Shown in pieces: positions 57,518 to 64,000 of a stretch of DNA of 64,000 nt (positions are counted from its first letter, which is position 1; each line of letters opens with the position of its first letter). Source of the stretch: an uncultured Pseudomonadales bacterium (GTDB lineage Bacteria > Patescibacteriota > Microgenomatia > UBA1400 > MFAQ01); contig CAZENT010000001.1 of NCBI GenBank assembly GCA_964513845.1, forward strand, positions 149,278 to 213,277, written 5' to 3'. The position numbers were made by a program, and so were the translations under genes. A model generated the notes under the pieces. It was not told where the DNA came from, did no database searches, and saw nothing but the letters and a program-made list of their open reading frames with translations.

Positions 57518-57971
57518 TCCAGTCGACTCTTACAAATTCAAGATCTTTTTCTGAAATATCGAAATAGTTTAGCCATGAAAATAAGTTTTCTCTGTTTTCT
57601 TTTACAGGAGTTTCGATTGTAATTGTGTATGTGGCGTTTGAATAATCGTATTCAATTTGGAATCCTGTTTCGATTATCGGAGAATTTTTACGAATAAAAG
57701 ATAAATTTTTGTCGATTCTAGCTTTGTCGGTTTTACTATAATCTTCTAAATTTTTTTTAAATTGTGTATTCCATTCTTCTGTTGACTCAACTGGGTTTAT
57801 CGGAGGTAAGACAATTGAAGCGCTTGGAGTTGATATTTCCGGAATGCTTTTTGTTATTTTTTTTGATAATGAAATAGAGTCAATGATTTGAATTATGAGG
57901 AAAAGAATAACAATCAATAATATTCCTCCCAGTATTTGATATTTTTTTGAAATATTTATTTTCATAGACAT
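57504..57971 (-). CDS. Bitopic membrane protein (N-terminal TM plus periplasmic domain), candidate VirB8/PrgL-like T4SS component
   Basis: TM ILGGILLIVILFLIIQII. Sits last in the T4SS-like gene array. No motif-level support. Confidence 0.35.
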   Translation of the reverse strand: MSMKINISKKYQILGGILLIVILFLIIQIIDSISLSKKITKSIPEISTPSASIVLPPINPVESTEEWNTQFKKNLEDYSKTDKARIDKNLSFIRKNSPIIETGFQIEYDYSNATYTITIETPVKENRENLFSWLNYFDISEKDLEFVRVDWITAP

Positions 57972-57976
57972 TTATA

Positions 57977-60721
57977 TTATGGAACAACTGCCCACATTCG
58001 GAATAGTTTGTATGATGTATCAAGAGTGTGAATATAGTTTTCACCCATCCATGGATCCATAGTGGTTATTTGATTTCCTTCGTGGGCGACGATGACCAGA
58101 AGATGCCCACACCATCCTCCACCACAAGCCATATCACCTGTTGCTAAAATCATGCCACAGTTCGAGAGAACGCTGTCAGCTTCGGCAAGATCTGATCCGA
58201 TATCGGTAACTGAAAGTCCACTTTCGGAAAGAATTTTTAAAGAGTTAAAATTGTCTGACCCACAAGAAACGTAAGGTATTTTGCCATCATAGACACGTGG
58301 TGGAGAATTGCTATCCCAGTAAACATATCCTCCGATTGAGTGTTGCCAATGCCAGACATCAGTAACATTTGAAGTTACACCAAAGCCGTTTAAAATCATG
58401 GTCATAGAAGCACTACTACAACCTGATGACCCAATTCGACAACTGCCAGCTGGTGAACAGTTTTTACAAAAAACGCCTGCCCATTCGGGGTCTCTTTGTG
58501 AAATAAAAATTCCTTCGGTATTAGCACAACCTGTGGCAGAGGTACGAGTTTTTGGAATTGATTCGAGTTGAACAAGAGTAGAAATAAGGGGGGCGACAAC
58601 AATGGAAGAAACATAAAAGAAGAAACCTACAAGTACGCCTAAAACAAGAGTGCCCACAGCAGAACTGGCGGCGGTTGTTGTGGCGGAACCGATTCCGGAA
58701 AAAAATTTGGATACTGCTGAAACAGCACCAACAACAGGAACGATGAGAACATCTCTAGTTTTAATTTTTTCACCATAGACAGAAACAGCTACTTTTTGAA
58801 CGACATTGACAGTTCCTTTTATGACAGAGAGAATAATGTCTCCAACAAGCCAGATTATAGCAGGAATAGCACCAACTCCTGTTGCTGCAAGACCAAATTT
58901 TGCACCAATACTGACTGCCAGTTTGGATAGAGCTTTCCCAAGACCTTTTTTTGTAAGTTCGGTGGCGATTTTCGTTCCGGCTTTAATGGCTGCTTTTCCT
59001 GCCGTAGAAGAAAGAATTTTTTTAACAACATAGTCACCTACTTTTTTGCCAACCCACGATCTAACGGCACCAATAGGATCTTCAACTATTCGAAAAATAT
59101 TGCCAAAAACAACGGGGAATTTGTCAGATATTTTTGAGAAAAATTTTGTGACAGGTTGAGTTAATTTTGTCCAACCAGTGATAATTTTATTAATATTTTT
59201 TCCTATAGGAGTGTTTGCGAATTTTCCAAGCACAACAGGCACTTTGGTGATTTCTTTTCCTAAAGGTGAGTTGGCAATTCTTCTGATCTGAGTGCCGGCT
59301 GCATCAAATAAATCCTTATTGGATTTGAAAAGTTTACCAAGTTCTGATTCGGGATTGTTTTTTGCGTAGAGACGGGCTTTGGCAAGTAAGGTTGGGGTGA
59401 GCCCTTTGCCGTATAAAAGGATAGCTTGGGGAGAAAGATCGGGATCTTGAGTTTTGGAATTAGTTACTAAAGCAGCGGACATCTCGGCTTGATAGCCGGC
59501 GTGAGCATTTAGCTCTCCAGGCATGTTGTGACGAATCGCTGCTTCTAGAAGCGCTGCGTCGTCGAGAGAAGAAAATAGGCGCGGCTGAACACCATTGTTT
59601 TCGAGATTGGAATGAATGGAGATAAAGACATTGTTGGCGAGCTCAATTCGATCGAGAGTGTCAGGGTCTTTTGATAGTCTTGTTTGACTGTCTTTATTAA
59701 ATTCTTGAAAAGCGACAGCTTGATTGTCAACAAAGACATCGAGTTGTTTGGGAAGATTTTCTATTTTTTGAGCAAGTTTTTGATTTGTTTCGGTGAGAGT
59801 TTTAATCTGAATAAGTTTGATTTCCAGATCTACGACTATATTTTGTTTGACTTCTTCTGCGTATTTTAAGAGAATAATTTCGTTTTCAGCAATTTGAGCA
59901 GTTAGGGTGGCTGCTTGTGTGGTTTGAGTATTGACCGCGTCGTAGACAGAGTGAACAAAATTTGAAGAAATTTTAGATAGATTTTTTTGATCTTCGGCTG
60001 ATAAATCTGAGATGTTAATCAATAGTGAGGCGGATTGAATGGCAACATCAATATTGGTAACACAAATGGAGTTTAGCTCCACAGCCTCTTCGATGATTCT
60101 GTTTTGCGCTTCTACAGATAACTTTAAAAAGCTTTCATGAGTAAGAGCAACTTCTCTCACTGCTGCGTAAGAAGCAGCTAAAGCAGTTTTTTTTGAGTCT
60201 GATTTTGGAGAACCAAGCGAGATTAATACTTTATCTGCGTCTTGAAACTTTTCTCCTCTGGCTTGTCTTTTTTGTTTGTTAAGAAGAGCTTTTTGCTTTA
60301 TCTTTGAATGGGCAATAGCTATTTTGACCTGTTCGGCAACCGATCTCTGAGAGTTTGATTTTATCTCTTCGCTTTCGAGAAGGGCTTTGTTTTTCTCGTA
60401 CTCAGCAACTAAAGACTCGAGTTCTGGGGGAATGGAGGCTTCGGGTTTTGTTTCCTCTTCTTCGTTAAGAGAATTGAGTTTAATTATTAGCTTTTCGATT
60501 TCACCTGAGCCGGCAATATATTTTTGAAAAGAGTAGACGTCGATTATTCTAGGATCAATACGATCATCAGGGAAAAATTTAGGCCAGTATCCTTCATACA
60601 ACGAATAAGCTTTGTTTAGAATTTTTAAAATTCTAGAATTTAGTTTGTCTTCTGAAACAGCCAAATACGAAAGAGAGTTCTTTAGATCCTTAATGTCTTG
60701 CGAATAATCATTTTTTGCCAT
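57977..60721 (-). CDS. T4SS-associated membrane protein with a C-terminal papain-like cysteine peptidase domain (C39-like/CHAP-like); PrgK/TcpG-type cell-wall hydrolase analog
   Basis: Coiled-coil N-domain (~560 aa), amphipathic Lys-rich repeats, 2 or more TMs near residues 600-700, and a C-terminal domain with candidate catalytic Cys (GSSGCSSASMTMIL) and His (GGWCGHLLVIVAHEG). Confidence 0.5.
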   Translation of the reverse strand: MAKNDYSQDIKDLKNSLSYLAVSEDKLNSRILKILNKAYSLYEGYWPKFFPDDRIDPRIIDVYSFQKYIAGSGEIEKLIIKLNSLNEEEETKPEASIPPELESLVAEYEKNKALLESEEIKSNSQRSVAEQVKIAIAHSKIKQKALLNKQKRQARGEKFQDADKVLISLGSPKSDSKKTALAASYAAVREVALTHESFLKLSVEAQNRIIEEAVELNSICVTNIDVAIQSASLLINISDLSAEDQKNLSKISSNFVHSVYDAVNTQTTQAATLTAQIAENEIILLKYAEEVKQNIVVDLEIKLIQIKTLTETNQKLAQKIENLPKQLDVFVDNQAVAFQEFNKDSQTRLSKDPDTLDRIELANNVFISIHSNLENNGVQPRLFSSLDDAALLEAAIRHNMPGELNAHAGYQAEMSAALVTNSKTQDPDLSPQAILLYGKGLTPTLLAKARLYAKNNPESELGKLFKSNKDLFDAAGTQIRRIANSPLGKEITKVPVVLGKFANTPIGKNINKIITGWTKLTQPVTKFFSKISDKFPVVFGNIFRIVEDPIGAVRSWVGKKVGDYVVKKILSSTAGKAAIKAGTKIATELTKKGLGKALSKLAVSIGAKFGLAATGVGAIPAIIWLVGDIILSVIKGTVNVVQKVAVSVYGEKIKTRDVLIVPVVGAVSAVSKFFSGIGSATTTAASSAVGTLVLGVLVGFFFYVSSIVVAPLISTLVQLESIPKTRTSATGCANTEGIFISQRDPEWAGVFCKNCSPAGSCRIGSSGCSSASMTMILNGFGVTSNVTDVWHWQHSIGGYVYWDSNSPPRVYDGKIPYVSCGSDNFNSLKILSESGLSVTDIGSDLAEADSVLSNCGMILATGDMACGGGWCGHLLVIVAHEGNQITTMDPWMGENYIHTLDTSYKLFRMWAVVP

Positions 60722-60726
60722 ATCAG

Positions 60727-62574
60727 TTACAAAGATTCTGCTTGTTGTTTGCGTGCTTCGAGTACTTCTGAAGGCTTGGTAGTGGAAAGAGCGTGTTCGT
60801 CTGGGGAGGAGATTACTTTGATGGCAACATGATTTTGTCCGGCAAAGAAAATACCTTCTCCGACACCGGCTGAAACTAAAAGTTGTTTTTCTCCTTGGGA
60901 GAGATAGAAAACTTCGGCTATTTGATTGATAGCGGCTGAAGATTGTTTGAGAAGGAATTTGAGGGCAGAGTTGGTAATGATGGCTTTACCATAGGGAGAG
61001 GCTAAAAAGTCGTCAACGTTTTGAGAGATGACAGTAACACCAAGATAGTATTTACGGGCACGCTTGACAAAACCTTGGAGAATCTTGGCAGAGTCTTCGT
61101 AGCGCATAAGATACCAGGCCTCATCTACAATGAGCATGCGTTTACGAAGATTTTTGCGTATTTCTGTCCAGACAAAGTCAAGAATCATAAACATAACGAT
61201 AGGACGAATCTCATCAGCAAGATCGCGCATGGAAAAAACTGTAATAGGAGCATCGATATCGATATTTGATTGCTGATCGAAAGTGCCTTTGATACCGCCC
61301 ATGACGTATCGCTCTAGTCTGGCAGCTAGTACCTTGGCTGTTTGATCTTCCATACCGATGATGGCACGGTAAAGATCTTCCATACGAGGAGGTTCTTGGG
61401 TGTGTGTGGCAGGATCATCAGTGATGTTTTTCTGACGATAGGTGAGAACGAGGGCGCGATTCATGGTGGCCTCTTCCATGGGGGACATGGCACCAATCAT
61501 GATTTTAAGTAAGGAAATGAGGAAAAGATATTTGTAGCCCATTTCATCTTCAGTGCTTTCTAAAGGCCTCGCAATTTGAAACGGATTAATTTTGTGGGGA
61601 GAGTTGGCAGAAAAAGAAATGTAGTTTCCGCCTACGGCTTTGGTGACCATTTCATATTCGTTTTCCGGATCGAGAATGATGATTTGGGTGTCAAACATTA
61701 AAGAGCGAAGAATTTCTAGCTTAACGGCATAGGACTTACCGGCACCGGCTGTGGCCAGAACGAGCATGTTGGCGTTTTCGAGAGAGAAACGATCGAAAAT
61801 AATGAGAGAGTCGTTGTGAGCATTGATTCCGTAAAGAATACCTTGGTTGTCTGAAAGTTCGGAGCTAGTGAAGGGAAAGGTGGTGGATAGAGCAGTTGTG
61901 TCCATGTTTCTTGTGATCATCAGCTTGTCTTTGCAGTATGGAAGAGTAGTTTTGAAGGCATCCTCCATAGAGAGTGAGGCGACTTTGCTGATAATGAGCA
62001 GAGAAGCGAGCATGCTTTGAACCTGAGAAGTGACAGTGTTGAGCTCTTTTTCGGACTCGGCAGAGATACTGATGTAAAGAGAAAACTGGAAAAAGCGTTC
62101 GGCACCTTTGACTAGCTGTGCCTGAAGTGTTTTAGCGTCTTCTAAAGCCGCTTCGGTGGCGGCTTGGGGAATACGACCTCTTTCGATGTCAGTGTTAATC
62201 TCGGCTTCCATTTCGGCCAGGCGACGCCTGAGGCTATCAAGAGTGTCTTTGGAGTCACTAGGATAGATGTACATGGAGATATCAAGAGAGTGATTGAAGT
62301 TTACGAGAGGAGCAAGCCAGTTGGCGGAAACATAACGAGGGTAACCAGTGACAAAAAGAGTGCGAATGTAGTTGTCGTCAATCTTGATAAAAGAAAAATC
62401 AACTTCGATGGAGGAGGGAGCTAAAACATCTTGAATTGAAGCGGCGTTGGTAGTGTCTTTGATGGCCGAAAGAGGAGCTCTGGGCTTTTCTTCAGTTGAT
62501 GTGACAGGAGCCGCCGAGACAACGGGTGGTGTTTCGGTCTTTTTGGCACCAAGAGAAAAGAGATTTAACCCCAT
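60727..62574 (-). CDS. virB4: VirB4/TrbE/CagE-family T4SS ATPase (C-terminal about three quarters)
   Basis: CagE_TrbE_VirB region (YIRTLFVTGYPRYV), Walker A LATAGAGKSY, Walker B MLIVDEAWYLM, and DPENEYEM. Confidence 0.8.
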   Translation of the reverse strand: MGLNLFSLGAKKTETPPVVSAAPVTSTEEKPRAPLSAIKDTTNAASIQDVLAPSSIEVDFSFIKIDDNYIRTLFVTGYPRYVSANWLAPLVNFNHSLDISMYIYPSDSKDTLDSLRRRLAEMEAEINTDIERGRIPQAATEAALEDAKTLQAQLVKGAERFFQFSLYISISAESEKELNTVTSQVQSMLASLLIISKVASLSMEDAFKTTLPYCKDKLMITRNMDTTALSTTFPFTSSELSDNQGILYGINAHNDSLIIFDRFSLENANMLVLATAGAGKSYAVKLEILRSLMFDTQIIILDPENEYEMVTKAVGGNYISFSANSPHKINPFQIARPLESTEDEMGYKYLFLISLLKIMIGAMSPMEEATMNRALVLTYRQKNITDDPATHTQEPPRMEDLYRAIIGMEDQTAKVLAARLERYVMGGIKGTFDQQSNIDIDAPITVFSMRDLADEIRPIVMFMILDFVWTEIRKNLRKRMLIVDEAWYLMRYEDSAKILQGFVKRARKYYLGVTVISQNVDDFLASPYGKAIITNSALKFLLKQSSAAINQIAEVFYLSQGEKQLLVSAGVGEGIFFAGQNHVAIKVISSPDEHALSTTKPSEVLEARKQQAESL

Positions 62575-62597
62575 GATTAAGTATAACCGAAAAGGGG

Positions 62598-63254
62598 TTA
62601 TTTAGGGATTAAAGAAGGGTTGATTTGAGCTGGGCTGAGTGTGGTTGAGCCTTGGTTGTAGATAGTGTAGAAAAAAGTAACAAGATCGCTGGTTGTTAGT
62701 TGGGAAGCTTTGAGCCCTAAACGAGCAAACTGTCGAATTAAATGATCGCGACGAGGATAGAGAACAGTAGAAGCTTTTTCTTCGATATACACCAGGTCAA
62801 AAGGAGGTTTTTGAGGAGCTTTGGCAAAAGGATTGAAGTTGGATTTGGACAGGCCAAGTTCGATAGCTGAAAAAGGAATAATCACATAAAACTTTTTTTC
62901 CAAAACACGGTTTTCTTTGACAAGGGATTTGACAAACTGGCGATAAGCCAGAAGCTGTTCCTTAATTTTTTGGGAAGAGACAGACTGAATACGGGTATCG
63001 ATGAGATTGAGGTAGTCGGAAATATTTTTTCTCTGGGAACGGATAAGGATTTGAACAGGGAAAGAAAGAGAGTTTAGAAGGCCAGCGTAGGCATAAATCG
63101 TAGCATCTTGTTCCTCTTCTGAGAGAAGATTGAAGTTGATGGCGGTGGTTTTGAGAACCAAGGCGGCTGAACCATCTTTGAGAAAAACGAGATGATCTTT
63201 GATGGCATAGATATCGAGATGTTCTTGGGTAGAGGCTTTGATGTTGTCGGGCAT
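62598..63254 (-). CDS. VirB4 N-terminal domain encoded as a separate ORF (split VirB4), or a frameshifted pseudogene fragment
   Basis: IKDHLVFLKDGSAALVLKTTAINFNLLSEEEQDATIYAYAGLLNSLSFPVQILIRSQRK matches the VirB4 extreme N-terminal region. It ends 23 nt before the VirB4 ATPase ORF, in a different frame. Confidence 0.5.
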   Translation of the reverse strand: MPDNIKASTQEHLDIYAIKDHLVFLKDGSAALVLKTTAINFNLLSEEEQDATIYAYAGLLNSLSFPVQILIRSQRKNISDYLNLIDTRIQSVSSQKIKEQLLAYRQFVKSLVKENRVLEKKFYVIIPFSAIELGLSKSNFNPFAKAPQKPPFDLVYIEEKASTVLYPRRDHLIRQFARLGLKASQLTTSDLVTFFYTIYNQGSTTLSPAQINPSLIPK

Positions 63255-63259
63255 TTTCT

Positions 63260-64000
63260 TTATTGAGCTTGGATTTTAAGAGGTTTGACAATGTCTCCGG
63301 TAAGTTCGAGAGAGTAAGGAGCAAAGGAAAAGCCTTCTTTTTCGGCGAGAATTTGGAAAAGACCAGAGTCAAGAGGCCTGGCGAACATAAACTGCCCAAG
63401 TTTGTTGCTCTTGGTGGCACGAAGAGTGAGATTGTCTTTTTTGATTTCCACCATAACGCTGTCGAGGATATGTCCTGAAGGGGTGAGAGTCAAACCAACA
63501 AGAGTGTTGGGCGTGGTAGGAGTAAAAGGAATGGGGAGGTTGGTGGTGGGAGCCGGAGCTTGGGCAACAGGGGCTGTTTGAATAGCTGGAGCCGGCTCGG
63601 GTGGGGCAATTGGAGTAGTAATGGGTTCTGGTGAAGGAGTTGGTTGAGTAGCCGAAGGAATTTCTTGGGGTGGAGTTTGAGCCGGAGCTTGGGCAACAGG
63701 GGCTGTTTGAATAGCTGGAGCAGCGGGCTGGTCCGGAGTAACCGTTTTTGAGGCTTCGGTAATCTCGATACGAGCATTGGTGACGGGCTGAGCGATTGCT
63801 AGATTATTTTCTTTTGTGGGGACGGCAGTTTCGGTGCTTGATGGGCTGGCGACAGTTCTTTTCCAAGAATATTGGGTGGGTGAGTAGATAGATTTGATGA
63901 AAGCGATTAGCCAGACATCAAGAGAGCGACCTTGAACGGGAACGAAGGCTATGCCAACACCAAGTAGAAGGAAGGCAAAGACGATGGGGTATTTGAAGAA
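63260..64000 (-). CDS. Partial CDS (5' end off-window): N-terminal TM segment, Pro/Ala/Thr-rich linker with a 129-nt tandem repeat, and a C-terminal beta-sandwich-like domain
   Basis: Manual translation of the minus-strand frame continuous with ORF 63260-63493 is open to the window edge: ...FFKYPIVFAFLLGVGIAFVPVQGRSLDVWLIAF ... PAAPAIQTAPVAQAPA ... EPAPAIQTAPVAQAPAPTTNLPIPFTPTTPNTLVG-LTLTPSGHILDSV.... The track ORF 63490-63777 is the off-frame L/P-rich reading of the same repeat. Confidence 0.6.
   Translation of the reverse strand, partial: FFKYPIVFAFLLLGVGIAFVPVQGRSLDVWLIAFIKSIYSPTQYSWKRTVASPSSTETAVPTKENNLAIAQPVTNARIEITEASKTVTPDQPAAPAIQTAPVAQAPAQTPPQEIPSATQPTPSPEPITTPIAPPEPAPAIQTAPVAQAPAPTTNLPIPFTPTTPNTLVGLTLTPSGHILDSVMVEIKKDNLTLRATKSNKLGQFMFARPLDSGLFQILAEKEGFSFAPYSLELTGDIVKPLKIQAQ
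63550..63721. repeat. Two copies of an identical 43-nt core (129-nt period) encoding the APAIQTAPVAQAPA linker repeat
   Basis: GAGCCGGAGCTTGGGCAACAGGGGCTGTTTGAATAGCTGGAGC at 63550-63592 and 63679-63721. Confidence 0.8.

Noticed and set aside
63550-63721. Possible CRISPR-like direct repeat
   Set aside because: Only two copies with a 129-nt period (a multiple of 3) inside an open reading frame encoding a PA-rich linker. No spacer-repeat architecture and no cas genes.
63490-63777. 95-aa Leu/Pro/Lys-rich ORF (MLVSRLPKPQKRLL ... LQLFKQPLLPKLRL repeated)
   Set aside because: Off-frame reading of the Pro/Ala-rich tandem repeat. The neighbouring frame is open across the whole region to the window edge and joins the downstream C-terminal domain ORF. 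That neighbouring frame is called as the real gene instead.

Overview
The window reads as a small-genome, low-GC (~40%) bacterial chromosome segment with the standard genetic code. It most resembles a CPR/Patescibacteria-like organism: many truncated housekeeping proteins (ValRS 695 aa, PGK 325 aa), few Shine-Dalgarno sites, and T4SS-like genes. It spans the chromosomal origin: rpmH-rnpA-[DinD-like insertion]-yidD-yidC-jag on the minus strand, then dnaA, a DnaA-box cluster with an AT-rich unwinding element (oriC), and dnaN. Housekeeping genes include tpiA, pcrA, metG, tatD, gap, pgk, groES/groEL with a CIRCE operator, tsaD, valS behind a T-box-like antiterminator, rplY, rnhA, ung, rmuC and one tRNA-Cys(GCA). 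Envelope genes include an LCP protein, a FemAB pair, an M23 peptidase, VanW, a PEGA protein, and a glycopolymer cluster (GT2, WecA/MraY-like GT4, UbiA/DPPR-synthase-like, DUF2298-like). Two unusual loci stand out. (1) At 32.4-40.5 kb, a tightly packed co-directional six-gene array (TM-anchored SBP, NTase/HEPN-like, second YidC, SPFH) contains a FtsK/HerA/VirD4-superfamily P-loop ATPase fused through a disordered linker to a canonical NUDIX hydrolase. (2) At 57.5-64 kb, directly abutting dnaN, a T4SS-like cluster carries a VirB4 split into two ORFs, a 914-aa TM protein with a C-terminal papain-like (C39/CHAP-like) peptidase domain, a bitopic protein, and a partial gene with a Pro/Ala-rich 129-nt tandem repeat that the ORF track mis-frames. 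Smaller notable items: a MerR-type promoter (19-bp spacer, perfect dyad) driving a Cys-bearing MerR regulator plus a 20-codon Cys-rich metallothionein-like micro-ORF; a free-standing LAGLIDADG endonuclease next to tRNA-Cys; a UvrD-helicase/Cas4-like Fe-S nuclease fusion; a tandem-repeat CxxC-x17-CxxC protein; a SET-domain protein; and a MetRS with a HIGF variant of the HIGH motif. No rRNA genes or CRISPR arrays were seen.
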